From the IMG/VR virus record IMGVR_UViG_3300011337_000669: a stretch of DNA of 64,000 nucleotides. One strand, 5' to 3'. Under the pieces are notes generated by a model. It was not told the origin of the DNA, did not search any database, and was given only the letters and a program-made list of their open reading frames with translations. How positions within the stretch are numbered: the stretch's first letter is position 1; every line of letters begins with the position of its first letter. The position numbers and the translations under genes were made by a program. The DNA comes from a virus. Its lineage: Duplodnaviria > Caudoviricetes. Shown here piece by piece: positions 19,730 to 29,858 of the stretch.

Positions 19730-22156
19730 TTAAGAAGAACAACCGAAACATTCAATTTCAATTCCTTCAGGTTTTGGTGGTAAATTCATATTACTGTAAT
19801 CTACTTTAGGAACTTCAACGTTTGGTTTAGATTTTTGTACCTTCGACATATCCAAGGCTAAGTGTTTTGCTCCAGTTGAAATTGCCTTAGTTCTCACATA
19901 GTAACATAATGTTTTTAACCCTTTTTCCCACGAATGAAAGTGAGATGATGTAATCTTGGACAATGTAGGGTTTGACATGTAGATGTTCATTGATTGAGAT
20001 TGGTCAATAAATGGTGCTCTGTCGGCCGCCATATCAATTAATTCTCTCTGTGATATCTCCCAAATTGTTTTGTATTTCGGAATTAGATGTTCAATTCTTT
20101 TAACTTTTTTGTTGTACCCCTTGTCTTCGACATCAAGATATTGATTGAAGTTAATATTTTGAATTGAACCTTCGTTCAAAATAATTTCATTCTTCAAGTC
20201 CTCCGACCAAATACCAATTTTTTCGAAGTCATTAATCAAATACTTGTTTACAATCAAAATTTCACCACCAACAACTCTTCGGTTAAATAATGCTGAGTGG
20301 GCAGGTTCAGTCATCTCGAACGACCCTGTAATCTTAGCAGATGATGCAACTGGCATCTGAGCGGTAAATAATGAATTACAAACTCCAAATTCTTGTACAT
20401 CTTTTTTCAATGTATCCCAATCTAAACTCAAATCAGAAGGATTAACTCCCCACATATCAAATTGGAAAATACCTTTAGACATTGGAGACCCTTTGAAGAA
20501 CTCATAAGGTTTTCTAATACCTTTCTTACATAAGTCATTACTTTCAGTAATTGACGCAAAATAAATCGCTTCAAATATTTTTTTGTTCAAGTCCTTAGCT
20601 TCATCCGAAGTAAAAGAATAGTCCATTAAACAAAAAACATCCGCCAGTCCTTGAACTCCAATTGCAATTGCTCTTTGTTCAAGACCACCTTTTAATCCTT
20701 TTTTAGTTGAATAACTATTTTTATCGATGACATTGTTCAACGCCCTAACAGCCTTTCTTACTTCATGTATTAAAAGTGTATAATCAAATTTACCTTCAAC
20801 AATAAAGTTCTTCAATACAATAGAAGATAGTGTACAAATAGCAGTTGTTTCCTCATCAGTAAATTGATAGATTTCATTACATAGGTTGGACTGTTTAATA
20901 ACACCGATATTTTGATGGTTTGTTTTTCTGTTAGCACTATCCTTAGCACATAAGTATGGAACACCCGTTTCAACTTGAGATTCAATTACTTTACTCCAAA
21001 TCTCCTGAGCCTTGACCTTTTTACCAATACCAGCGTCAATCGCAAGTTGATAATTTTTTTCATACTCCTCACCATAACACTCTTGTAATGGTTTTATACC
21101 AGCTTTAAGAATATCATTAGGACAGAACAAGTACCATTCTTCGTTATTCTTAACCGCTCTCATAAAGTTATCAGGAATCCACAAAGCTGTGAACAAGTCT
21201 CTCGCCCTTAATTCTTCTGCTCCTGTATTTTTCTTGATATCCAACAAATCCATAATATCTTTATGCCATGGTTCTAAGTAGATTGCGGCACTACCAGGTC
21301 GTCTTCCCTGTTGATTAAAGAATCTTAGTGATTCATTAACAATCTTCAAGTACTTTAATAGACCACCAGCAAATCCTCCTGAAGATTTAATCCGACTTTC
21401 TTTACTTCTAATGTTAGACATAGACAATCCGATACCCGCAGCATCCGAAGAATAAGTTGAAATATCATTCAATGATTTGAGTAATCCATCTCTCGAGTCT
21501 GAGTTATTATAATGTAACACACAAGACGCTAACTGAGGAACTTTAGTACCAGAGTTAATCATGATTGGAGTTGCCTTGGAAATCCTTTGACTTGACAAAG
21601 ATTCATAATAATCCATCGCCTCTTCAAAAGTATTTGTTACCCATAGAGCAACTCTCATATACATGTGTTGAGGTCTTTCGATTACTTTACCTTCAGGTGT
21701 TTTCAACAAATACATCTCCTGCAAAGATCTCCAAGCAAAGTAGTCGAAATTATAATCATTATCATGATTAATTACTTCATCAATTTTACTTGGTCCATAT
21801 TTTTCAATGATTGACATTAGTTCATCGTGAACAACACCGTCAACATGTAACGCATGCATTGTGTTTGAAAAACTTGGATCAGTATCTTTGTGATAAGAAG
21901 AAATCGCCACCGAAGATGCAAGTCTGGAATAATCATAGTGACTACCAGTATACGCGGCAGCAATCTCGTACACAAGTTTATCCAACTCCTTAGTTGTTAT
22001 GTTTCCCTCAGTAGGTACTGATGTAATAACTTTGATGAAGATTTCATCAGAGTTAACATTCAACCCTTTTGCGGCACGTTTAATCCTGTTATAAATTTTT
22101 TGAGGGTTGAACGACTCTCCTTCCCCCCCTCTTTTTTTAATTTTCAATGACATCAT
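19730..22156 (-). CDS. nrdA: Class Ia ribonucleotide reductase large subunit with N-terminal ATP cone
   Basis: ATP cone (IKKRGGEGESFNPQKI), ATPIMINSG, QLASC, QSNLCNEI, AQMPVASS, KTLCYY and C-terminal CFGC. Confidence 0.97.
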   Translation of the reverse strand: MMSLKIKKRGGEGESFNPQKIYNRIKRAAKGLNVNSDEIFIKVITSVPTEGNITTKELDKLVYEIAAAYTGSHYDYSRLASSVAISSYHKDTDPSFSNTMHALHVDGVVHDELMSIIEKYGPSKIDEVINHDNDYNFDYFAWRSLQEMYLLKTPEGKVIERPQHMYMRVALWVTNTFEEAMDYYESLSSQRISKATPIMINSGTKVPQLASCVLHYNNSDSRDGLLKSLNDISTYSSDAAGIGLSMSNIRSKESRIKSSGGFAGGLLKYLKIVNESLRFFNQQGRRPGSAAIYLEPWHKDIMDLLDIKKNTGAEELRARDLFTALWIPDNFMRAVKNNEEWYLFCPNDILKAGIKPLQECYGEEYEKNYQLAIDAGIGKKVKAQEIWSKVIESQVETGVPYLCAKDSANRKTNHQNIGVIKQSNLCNEIYQFTDEETTAICTLSSIVLKNFIVEGKFDYTLLIHEVRKAVRALNNVIDKNSYSTKKGLKGGLEQRAIAIGVQGLADVFCLMDYSFTSDEAKDLNKKIFEAIYFASITESNDLCKKGIRKPYEFFKGSPMSKGIFQFDMWGVNPSDLSLDWDTLKKDVQEFGVCNSLFTAQMPVASSAKITGSFEMTEPAHSALFNRRVVGGEILIVNKYLINDFEKIGIWSEDLKNEIILNEGSIQNINFNQYLDVEDKGYNKKVKRIEHLIPKYKTIWEISQRELIDMAADRAPFIDQSQSMNIYMSNPTLSKITSSHFHSWEKGLKTLCYYVRTKAISTGAKHLALDMSKVQKSKPNVEVPKVDYSNMNLPPKPEGIEIECFGCSS

Positions 22157-22174
22157 TTGTATTAATATATTAAA

Positions 22175-23122
22175 TTAAAAGTCAGAATCAAATGATATTG
22201 TTTCATTCAATTTTGCTTTTTGGTATTCCATAGTTCTTGACTCAAAAAAGTTACCTTTAGTCTCAACGGCAATTTGTTCCATAAATTTGAATGGTTGTTC
22301 AACATTGAATTCTTTTTTACATCCGAATTTAACCAAAAGACCATCGGTTACGAACTCAAGATATTGTTTCATCAAGTTAGAGTTCATACCAATTAGTGAA
22401 ACTGGTAGGGATTCTGTAATAAATTCTTTCTCAATCTCGAGTGCTGACAATAGAATTTCTTTAATTCTTTTTTCGCTTGGTTTGTTTTCCAAGTGGTTAT
22501 TCACCAAATGAATAGCGAAATCACAGTGTAGGTTTTCATCTTTGAAAATCAAACTGTTCGCATTACTTAGTCCTTGCATGATACCTCTTGACTTCAACCA
22601 GAAGATTGAACAGAATGATCCTGAAAAGAAGATACCTTCAACTGCCGCAAATGCAATAAGTCTCTCAGCAAAAGTTGAATTTTCTATCCAATCTAATGCC
22701 CATTTTGCTTTCTTCTGTACTGCAGGTAGATTATCTAACGCAGTGAAACACAGTTGTTTTTCCTCCTCGTTTGAGATGTAGGTATCAATCAATAGTGAAT
22801 ACATCAAACTGTGGATATTCTCCATCATCAGTTGAAACCCGTAAAAAAACTTTGCCTCAGGATACTGTACTTCCTTCAAGAAATTTTCCGCAAGGTTTTC
22901 ATTCACAATACCATCCGAAGCGGCGAAGAATGATAAAATATTCTTTATAAAATATTGCTCATTTTCGGTAAGGTTATTCCAATCTCTAATGTCATTTGTT
23001 AAATCAACTTCTTCCGCAGTCCAAAACGCAGCTTGATGAGATTTATAAAATTCCCAAATGTCATCGTGTTGAATTGGAAAAATAACAAATCGGTCGGGAT
23101 TCTCTACTAAAATTTTTTCCAT
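22175..23122 (-). CDS. nrdB: Class I ribonucleotide reductase small subunit
   Basis: [22 protein letters not shown] (radical Tyr), EGIFFSGSF and KDENLH diiron ligands. Confidence 0.97.
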   Translation of the reverse strand: MEKILVENPDRFVIFPIQHDDIWEFYKSHQAAFWTAEEVDLTNDIRDWNNLTENEQYFIKNILSFFAASDGIVNENLAENFLKEVQYPEAKFFYGFQLMMENIHSLMYSLLIDTYISNEEEKQLCFTALDNLPAVQKKAKWALDWIENSTFAERLIAFAAVEGIFFSGSFCSIFWLKSRGIMQGLSNANSLIFKDENLHCDFAIHLVNNHLENKPSEKRIKEILLSALEIEKEFITESLPVSLIGMNSNLMKQYLEFVTDGLLVKFGCKKEFNVEQPFKFMEQIAVETKGNFFESRTMEYQKAKLNETISFDSDF

Positions 23123-23141
23123 AATTAATTATTTGTTTTTG

Positions 23142-24527
23142 TTATATTGTTTGTCTTTGTTGTTCATCTTTTTGTTTTCTCTTCTCCATCAATTCCTTAA
23201 CTCTGTCTCGTTTTTTCTCCTCTTGTTGTTCTTCAAACCCTAAGAATGTAACCGAACTTTCCGTATCGATTTCCAATAGTTCATTGTTGAATTTACAGTT
23301 TTCGAACACAACTCCGTCTTTACCTAAACGAGATTTTGTTATCGCTATCGTAGCCAAATGTAATTCTTTTTGTTGAAGAGTTTTTGCCACCGTAATGATT
23401 ACGTGCCCAACTTGAGCTTTCTTAATTGACCCTCCCATTTGGTCTGTTGTTACAACCTCAGCAGAAATAGAACTTCTATTACCCTGCGTAGCGGTCCAAC
23501 CAACCAAATTAAGTTCGTGACACATCGCCTCAAACCCTCTCATCACCGAACCTTCTGCTTTCCATTCATCTCTCGATGTTGATTCAGGTAACACACAATC
23601 AATGTAATCCATCAGAATCATATCAATTTTATTTCCATCAGCGATAATTTTTCTGACTTGGTTTTTGATTTGATTCATCGTCATAGTATCCGATGCTAAT
23701 TTCTTCAACACAAGTTTGTTCTTCATAGTTTCTTGTATCTCGGTAACCTTACTCATTACATCTTCTCTGTGTTTCGATAATTCATCAGGTGGTATACCCG
23801 TCCAAATCGTAAAATGTTTACGTTGAACAATTTTTGGATTGTCTTCAAAAAACACCTGAAGAACATTGTACCCCAAGTTAAACGCTGTGTTTGCAATCTT
23901 GGTTAAGATAGTAGTTTTACCCACGCCTGTTGGTGCAAGGATTACACCTATCTCACCCTTCGCCAGTCCACCTTTAAGTAATCTGTCGATACCTGGTATA
24001 CCCATAGGTATCGGATGTCTGTAGTCCTCATCTAACACGGTCTCTAAACCTGAGAAAATATCTGTTTGACCCTTCTCAATTTCACCAACTTGTAACGCCT
24101 CTCTAACTAACCCCTCGACTTTATCATAGGATTCAAAATCACCTTGAGTGATGATTTTTTGAGCCTTGTCCATCGCCTTCTGAAGTTCTTGTTGTTTACA
24201 GAATTTCAAAGCCTTTTCTTGAACAAACTGTGTTCCTTCGACTGGTGCGTCTTTAACTTGTTTAAGTGTGTCTAAAACAATTTTAGCAACTAATTCTTGA
24301 GAAACTTCAGACTTGATAATTTGTTCGAGAGTTTCGAAGTTAGGGGTTGATTCATACTTCACATAGTATTCCTTAATCATCTGTAACATGATTTTGAAAT
24401 ACTTGTTATCAAAGTATGTGGACTCGATGACATCAAGAATAGACGATGAAAAATCTTTATCTACCACAATCTGATTCAATAGCTGAATCTGGAAAGTGTT
24501 TCCTAAGTAATCGAAATTTTTGTTCAT
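23142..24527 (-). CDS. DnaB/gp41-like replicative helicase
   Basis: Walker A LAPTGVGKTT, MDYID, ATQGNR and KSR motifs. Confidence 0.93.
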   Translation of the reverse strand: MNKNFDYLGNTFQIQLLNQIVVDKDFSSSILDVIESTYFDNKYFKIMLQMIKEYYVKYESTPNFETLEQIIKSEVSQELVAKIVLDTLKQVKDAPVEGTQFVQEKALKFCKQQELQKAMDKAQKIITQGDFESYDKVEGLVREALQVGEIEKGQTDIFSGLETVLDEDYRHPIPMGIPGIDRLLKGGLAKGEIGVILAPTGVGKTTILTKIANTAFNLGYNVLQVFFEDNPKIVQRKHFTIWTGIPPDELSKHREDVMSKVTEIQETMKNKLVLKKLASDTMTMNQIKNQVRKIIADGNKIDMILMDYIDCVLPESTSRDEWKAEGSVMRGFEAMCHELNLVGWTATQGNRSSISAEVVTTDQMGGSIKKAQVGHVIITVAKTLQQKELHLATIAITKSRLGKDGVVFENCKFNNELLEIDTESSVTFLGFEEQQEEKKRDRVKELMEKRKQKDEQQRQTI

Positions 24528-24562
24528 ATATTTGTATTGCTCCCCTGTGTATTATTAAATAC

Positions 24563-25015
24563 TCACTTACTCAAATCAAAATCCAAATATTGATAACTTA
24601 ATCTTTGTTCTGAAAAAATGTCAGTCAATTCTCTGAGAATGTCTTTCAAAAATGGTCGTACGTCAACGGTATAACGAACTTTGGGTGGAAAATATTTTCC
24701 ATCAAAAATTCTATGACAAATTGTCGTGTCGCCATTTTTTACGAAAATGTTGAAGATTTCTGGTCCATCAGTATAAGAAGTATCCATAACTGATGGGTCA
24801 TGCATAATGGATTCACTATTATCCGTCATGTAAATAACAGTCTTCATTTTTAAGTGATACTGTAGGTCATCTTTAATCTCATTAATGAGGTCATAGAATT
24901 CAATTGAGTTTTTTGCATTTGGATTGTAACCTCTAACATTGAAATACCTTTGAACAACAATGTTGTCGTTAAGGGTTAGAAGAAATTCCATTTTAGTGCT
25001 GTCTTGCTCTTTCAT
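24563..25015 (-). CDS. Hypothetical protein in replication block
   Basis: 150-aa ORF between the exonuclease and helicase genes. Confidence 0.7.
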   Translation of the reverse strand: MKEQDSTKMEFLLTLNDNIVVQRYFNVRGYNPNAKNSIEFYDLINEIKDDLQYHLKMKTVIYMTDNSESIMHDPSVMDTSYTDGPEIFNIFVKNGDTTICHRIFDGKYFPPKVRYTVDVRPFLKDILRELTDIFSEQRLSYQYLDFDLSK

Positions 25016-25031
25016 AAGGTTTTTTTAATTT

Positions 25032-26033
25032 TTAATGTTTGTTTGTGTTTCGTTTTTCTTTTCGTGTAAGTTTCATAAATGGTCGGAGGAAATTTACCCA
25101 AGCCTCATCATTCTTGGGTAGGTACTTGAAGAGTCCGTCCTCCATCATCATTCTCATCAAGTTTTTGTATCCACGGTCGGTGGGGTCTATTGTGTCTGTA
25201 TGTATCTGTTCCACAAGTTCTTTCCCATCCTCAGTGATTAATGGATTGTGAAGATCCACGATTTTTTTGTTTATTTCAAAGAATTGTTCTCCAAATGTAC
25301 CGCTTTTAGTTTTACCAATCAAAATGTTTTCTAAAGCCTTTGGTTTTTTCTTTTGCTCGATATTTCGTGCGTTATCTAATATTTCCTCGATAGTGCATGA
25401 TTTTTCCAACATCTGAGGAAATAATTTCACCAAAGTCTTTTCCCCCAACATTTCAATACCATCTATGTTGTCAGACTTGTCCCCCGTTAGAATCTTAGTT
25501 AATAAGACGTTTTGGTGGGGTATGTTGACCTTATTGATAGTAATCATGTCTCCATACCTATAATATTGTTTGGAGGTCGGAGAATAGATGGTTACCCGTT
25601 CTGATATAAGTTGGGTTAAGTCTTTGTCTGCCGAGAATATAATAATTTCTTCATTAACAGATAGTTTGGTGTAATACGCAATAAGGTCATCAGCTTCGTT
25701 GTTATCCATTTCAACCTGACGAACAAAAATTTCCTCAAGGTATTGTTTAACACGCGATTTCTGTTGAAGATATGACTCGTACTTAAACTCGTTCATATCC
25801 TGCCGTCGATTTGCTTTGTATTGGGGGTATATGGATTTTCTTATGGAAGAGTTTGACTCTCCATCCCAAAATATAACCACTTTGTCATGATTATGTTCTT
25901 CGAGGAATTTTCGAATAGTGTTTATAAAATGGTATATCCCACCTAAGTGGTCTCCACCATTGTACAACTCTTTAACTCCATGAAAGCCTATTTTGAATAA
26001 ATTGTCTCCGTCTACTAATAATGTCTTAATCAC
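25032..26033 (-). CDS. 5'-3' exonuclease / T4 RNase H-like (PIN/FEN fold)
   Basis: LLVDGDN, YKANR, EADDLIA, SADKDLTQL and GDKSDNIDGI motifs. Confidence 0.93.
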   Translation of the reverse strand: MIKTLLVDGDNLFKIGFHGVKELYNGGDHLGGIYHFINTIRKFLEEHNHDKVVIFWDGESNSSIRKSIYPQYKANRRQDMNEFKYESYLQQKSRVKQYLEEIFVRQVEMDNNEADDLIAYYTKLSVNEEIIIFSADKDLTQLISERVTIYSPTSKQYYRYGDMITINKVNIPHQNVLLTKILTGDKSDNIDGIEMLGEKTLVKLFPQMLEKSCTIEEILDNARNIEQKKKPKALENILIGKTKSGTFGEQFFEINKKIVDLHNPLITEDGKELVEQIHTDTIDPTDRGYKNLMRMMMEDGLFKYLPKNDEAWVNFLRPFMKLTRKEKRNTNKH

Positions 26034-26043
26034 AACTCGTGAT

Positions 26044-26709
26044 TTAATTGGTGAATACTTTGTTCCCTTTACTTAAATTGTCTCCCGCCCATAGAGGTTG
26101 AAGGTTACTATAATGACATAACTTATAAAGTTCTTCTTCAGTTTTTGCCGACGATAATGGAATGATGTGGTCAATGTGCCATCCACCCTGATTTTCCCAT
26201 GTCATTCCATTAATGAACTGTTTTTCTAAATGTTCTTTGAGAGATTGAGGTGTACACCCTACAATGTCAAATGTTTTGTTTTTTTTGGTAATACTCATTA
26301 ATTTCGTATATTTCCAAATTCTACATCTCACTCTATTAATTAAATTAAAGACAGGGTCATTATCTCTTCGTTCTTTTCTTTGTTCTTGTTTTCTCGGTTT
26401 ATAATTTTTACGGTATTCTTTTCTTTTTTCAGGATTTTTTTCTAACCAATTTTCCCTTATTTCTTTAACTTTTTCCGGATTTTCTTCTCTCCATTTTTTG
26501 TGACGATTATAAACCCATTCAGGATTTTTTGCCGTCCACTTTCTATGTCTCTCTAATGTTTTTTGATAATTTTCTTTAACATAGTTTTTACCTCTCTCAT
26601 TATTACATTTTTTACAACAATATAATAACCCATCTTTAGATGATTTTGAATAACCAAATTCCCAAACATTTTTTTCTTTTTTACATTTAGAACAAACTTT
26701 AGTTTCCAT
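26044..26709 (-). CDS. HNH endonuclease with N-terminal CxxC..CxxC zinc ribbon (cassette 1)
   Basis: CSKC...CKKC at the N-terminus and HIDHIIPLSSAK...NLQPLW..DN at the C-terminus. Confidence 0.88.
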   Translation of the reverse strand: METKVCSKCKKEKNVWEFGYSKSSKDGLLYCCKKCNNERGKNYVKENYQKTLERHRKWTAKNPEWVYNRHKKWREENPEKVKEIRENWLEKNPEKRKEYRKNYKPRKQEQRKERRDNDPVFNLINRVRCRIWKYTKLMSITKKNKTFDIVGCTPQSLKEHLEKQFINGMTWENQGGWHIDHIIPLSSAKTEEELYKLCHYSNLQPLWAGDNLSKGNKVFTN

Positions 26710-26851
26710 TTTTGATATATTCTTTTAATAGTTTATTAACAAGGGAAGATAAGTTTATTGATTTATCCTTAAAGTATTGTGGCATTTCGGGATCAAGAGA
26801 CACCGCCAGTTTTACTTTCTTTTTGTCATCATCAATTTTTTTTCTTCCCAT
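26699..26851 (-). CDS. 50-aa ribbon-helix-helix / CcdA-like protein (cassette 1)
   Basis: Manual translation MGRKKIDDDKKKVKLAVSLDPEMPQYFKDKSINLSSLVNKLLKEYIKNGN. Overlaps the HNH start by 11 nt and is homologous to three other copies. Confidence 0.82.
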   Translation of the reverse strand: MGRKKIDDDKKKVKLAVSLDPEMPQYFKDKSINLSSLVNKLLKEYIKNGN

Positions 26852-26896
26852 ATTAATAAATATCTGTAAATATAGTAAAAGTATAATTATTTATAT

Positions 26897-27907
26897 TTAA
26901 TTATCTTCTTCTTCGTTTTCTTCCTTCAAATCAAAATCACCATCAGTACCGATTATATCTTTCCAATAATCAGCGTATTCTTTTTTATATTTTTCAATAT
27001 TAGTTTTTTCCTCGGTAGAATCTTTACCAGCCAAAAAACCATGTGGAGTGACAATAATTTTTCCGTCATCATAACCCAATCCAGAGATGTGGTTTTTCAT
27101 TACAGAAACTTTACTTCGTATTGCGAATTTAATTGACCTTTTATCCTTAGTTGCGGTAATCTTAGTAGTTCCCGCCTCTTTTTGATTACCAAATAAAAAT
27201 ACTAAAGATGAATTTAACCAAATTGCCTCACCACCCTTGCTCTTAATCTTAGGTTGTCCAAATGGATTATCTGGAAGACTTACCCACGGTTGATTTATTA
27301 TAACCAAAGTATTTTCATACTTTGACTCTGATTTTCGAGATCCTGAAATACGCTGATTAATGCCCATCCCAATTTTGTCTGCTAAGACCCCAGCATTATG
27401 CATCTTCCCACCGCGACCTTCGTAAGTCATCTTACATGGGACACTACCCACACTATCCCATAGGAACAACAAACTATAATCCAAATCACCCTTTTCTTGA
27501 GCATCTAATAGTTCATTGATGTAGTCAGTAATTTGCTCAATATAACTAAAGTTATTGTTGAAGATGTAAAATCCATTCCAATCTAATTCACCTGTCTCTT
27601 CGTCAACAACCTCTTCACATTGGAGACCCATCAACTTACAGTGTTCGAAGGACCACTTCTGTTCTGTAATGATGAATACTGGTAGAATTCCTTTCTTCTG
27701 AGCATCAACAGCAGCCTTTACCATCGCAGTGGTTTTTCCTGTATCAGAATGACCCAAGAACATGTTAAGATGTCCAATGGCTGGACCAGGAAGTCCTACG
27801 GCATCCAAAAAGTCAGGACCCAAATCAAAAAATCTTTGAGGTTTATATTTTGCCGAAGTTGAGAATTTTTTCTTCAAACTTTCGAAGTCGTTCTTCTTAA
27901 TTGCCAT
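26897..27907 (-). CDS. recA: RecA/UvsX-like recombinase
   Basis: Walker A GHSDTGKTT, FLWDSVG, LVIINQ, KSKGGEAIWLNSS and VMKNH motifs. Confidence 0.88.
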   Translation of the reverse strand: MAIKKNDFESLKKKFSTSAKYKPQRFFDLGPDFLDAVGLPGPAIGHLNMFLGHSDTGKTTAMVKAAVDAQKKGILPVFIITEQKWSFEHCKLMGLQCEEVVDEETGELDWNGFYIFNNNFSYIEQITDYINELLDAQEKGDLDYSLLFLWDSVGSVPCKMTYEGRGGKMHNAGVLADKIGMGINQRISGSRKSESKYENTLVIINQPWVSLPDNPFGQPKIKSKGGEAIWLNSSLVFLFGNQKEAGTTKITATKDKRSIKFAIRSKVSVMKNHISGLGYDDGKIIVTPHGFLAGKDSTEEKTNIEKYKKEYADYWKDIIGTDGDFDLKEENEEEDN

Positions 27908-27920
27908 AAGGAATGTGAGT

Positions 27921-27951
27921 AAAACTCGGACACTAAAATAGTATCCGAGTT
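27921..27951 (-). terminator. Putative intrinsic terminator after SSB gene
   Basis: Stem aactcgga/tccgagtt followed by TTTT on the minus strand. Confidence 0.65.
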
Positions 27952-27962
27952 GAGTTATTTAA

Positions 27963-28811
27963 TTAGAATGGTAAATCTGATGATGGTTCGTCGTCCATCT
28001 GTGGATCTACATACGAGGATTTTTTGGACCCTCCACCGAATGATTCGGTTTCAACTGAACTGTCTCCGTAAACGTAACCACCTTTTTCTGAATCCCACTT
28101 AGGAGTTTCTCCTCTTGCAATTGCTTCAAGATAATCAACAGGTTTTTTGGAATAAACATCCAACCAAGTCAATTCATCTTCCATCCAAGCCTTTGCCTGT
28201 TGTTTATCTTCATGTACAGGATTTGGGTCATCATACATAATAGTTGATACTGTTGTATATTCTTTACCCTTTGGGGTTTTTGCTTTAGCAAGTTCAATGA
28301 CTAAGTCACGTCCTTTTTCAGGGTCAGTAATATCTCCTTTGTTTCTCCAAATAGGAATAATTTTGTCAAGGATACCATCATTCTTGAAGTTGTGTTTGAA
28401 TCTCCAAAACTTTGGACCATCTTCTTCGTGGTCTCGGTCGATTACCTTTACAATATAGAATTTTCTTGAACGATACTGAGCTGCTAATAATTTGTCAGAC
28501 TCTTTACCTGTAGACATCAATTCTTCGTAAACCTCATTCAAAGGTGAACGTTCGTTGTCATTTTTTCCTGGATCGTAGAATTTCTGCCACTGTCCACCCA
28601 CTTGAATTTCGTGGTACCATGCCTCTTTGAATGGTGATGAACCATCTGGAGTTGGGAGAATTCTAACTCTCCTCTGTCCTGATTTCTCTTTATCACCTAA
28701 GATTAAAGCGAAATACTTCTTCATTCTTTCGTCTTGCGACATTTTCGATTGGGCCCCGCCCCCTTGCTGATTTTTTTCGTACTGTGCCAATACGGCGTCT
28801 AATGAACTCAT
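27963..28811 (-). CDS. gp32-like single-stranded DNA-binding protein
   Basis: RVRILP...PFKEAWYH, DPEKGRDL and acidic C-terminal tail DDEPSSDLPF. Adjacent to the recombinase. Confidence 0.85.
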   Translation of the reverse strand: MSSLDAVLAQYEKNQQGGGAQSKMSQDERMKKYFALILGDKEKSGQRRVRILPTPDGSSPFKEAWYHEIQVGGQWQKFYDPGKNDNERSPLNEVYEELMSTGKESDKLLAAQYRSRKFYIVKVIDRDHEEDGPKFWRFKHNFKNDGILDKIIPIWRNKGDITDPEKGRDLVIELAKAKTPKGKEYTTVSTIMYDDPNPVHEDKQQAKAWMEDELTWLDVYSKKPVDYLEAIARGETPKWDSEKGGYVYGDSSVETESFGGGSKKSSYVDPQMDDEPSSDLPF

Positions 28812-28845
28812 GTTTTTTATGGATTAAATTAATAAATTGTTTATA

Positions 28846-28876
28846 CAAATATAAGTAAAACTGTGACTATGTCAAA
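28846..28876 (-). promoter_or_regulatory. Bacteroidota-type primary-sigma promoter for the SSB gene
   Basis: Minus strand reads TTTG-N19-TATATTTG, an exact fit to the -33 TTTG / -7 TAnnTTTG consensus. Confidence 0.75.
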
Positions 28877-28877
28877 T

Positions 28878-28904
28878 AAAAAAAGGTACCTCATGGTACC
28901 TTTT
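28878..28904. terminator. Intrinsic terminator (symmetric)
   Basis: aaaaggtacc-tcat-ggtacctttt. Confidence 0.85.
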
Positions 28905-28921
28905 ATGTAGTTTGTTCGATG

Positions 28922-29599
28922 TTACCTGAACGATGTTTTATAGACTTCCTTGTCTAAACCTCCTCCAGGTTGAAACGAATTTTTTATATCACTTACATTT
29001 ATATCTGTAACTTCGTCTGAAGTTAAAACATAATCATTTTTTCCTGTCTTTTCCATTTCTTCTGACTTATCATCGAAAAATTGTGAAAGTTTTTGACTAA
29101 ATGGATATGAATCATAGGTTCTTAACTCTAACTTTTCTTGTGGAGTTTTTTCTCTATACTTCTCTATTTTACTTTCAAGGGAGTTAAGTTTATTCATAAT
29201 GTTATCCATTTCACCTAACTTAGATTGTAAATCATTAAGTTGGTTGAATAAGTTATTAAAATACTCTTCTTGTTTTGTCTCTATATTTTTTTGTGAGTCA
29301 ACCAATTCAGTGATATCTAATTCTTCTGTACCACTTTCTTCTGATTTTTCTTCTGATTTACCTTCGTCATCAATCTTTTCAACATCAGGATCTGATTCGA
29401 CATCGATAGGTTGTGGTTCAGTTTCTGGTGCTGATGGAGGTGTTGCTTCTGCAGGTGCCGGAGCAACCTCAGCTCCAGGTATTGGCGCTAATGCACCTAA
29501 TGCGTCCTCTTCGGGTGTTGCTCCGACTTGTTCTAAAATATACTGATTGATTTTTCTATGTCTTTCAATCTCCTTGATAATTTTTTTATCTAAACTCAT
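28922..29599 (-). CDS. Acidic, Pro/Ala-rich coiled-coil hypothetical protein (possibly virion-associated)
   Basis: 225 aa with a low-complexity linker and a heptad-like segment NQLNDLQSKLGEMDNIMNKLNSLESKI. Confidence 0.65.
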   Translation of the reverse strand: MSLDKKIIKEIERHRKINQYILEQVGATPEEDALGALAPIPGAEVAPAPAEATPPSAPETEPQPIDVESDPDVEKIDDEGKSEEKSEESGTEELDITELVDSQKNIETKQEEYFNNLFNQLNDLQSKLGEMDNIMNKLNSLESKIEKYREKTPQEKLELRTYDSYPFSQKLSQFFDDKSEEMEKTGKNDYVLTSDEVTDINVSDIKNSFQPGGGLDKEVYKTSFR

Positions 29600-29602
29600 T
29601 GG

Positions 29603-29827
29603 TTAACCATTTAATAATGTTTTTATTCCGTTAGCGGTTTCCACTCTAACTCTACGGTTAGCAGTAGTTTGGTGTCCAGCTCTTTCTATAAGACCGTCTC
29701 TTTCTCTTACTGTGTAACAATCTCCTGTATCCAAGTCACAAACTTGTTTGGTTCCGTCTCCGTTGTCTTCCTGTGAAAATCTTACAGATTTACCAAGATA
29801 ATTGTCTAATGCTGATTTAATGTTCAT
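29603..29827 (-). CDS. Small hypothetical protein
   Basis: 74-aa ORF preceded by the TATTTAT motif and co-oriented with neighbours. Confidence 0.7.
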   Translation of the reverse strand: MNIKSALDNYLGKSVRFSQEDNGDGTKQVCDLDTGDCYTVRERDGLIERAGHQTTANRRVRVETANGIKTLLNG

Positions 29828-29858
29828 AAGAATCTTTTTATATAAATATGTTGTTATG

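Noticed and set aside
26712-26900. Plus-strand 62-aa ORF from the track
   Set aside because: It is antisense to the conserved RHH-like ORF, which has three paralogues in the window
19730-27907. Introns or inteins in nrdA, nrdB, helicase or recA (polB at 60016-62796 also checked)
   Set aside because: The ORFs are continuous, of ordinary length, with contiguous catalytic motifs and no intein-like insertions seen
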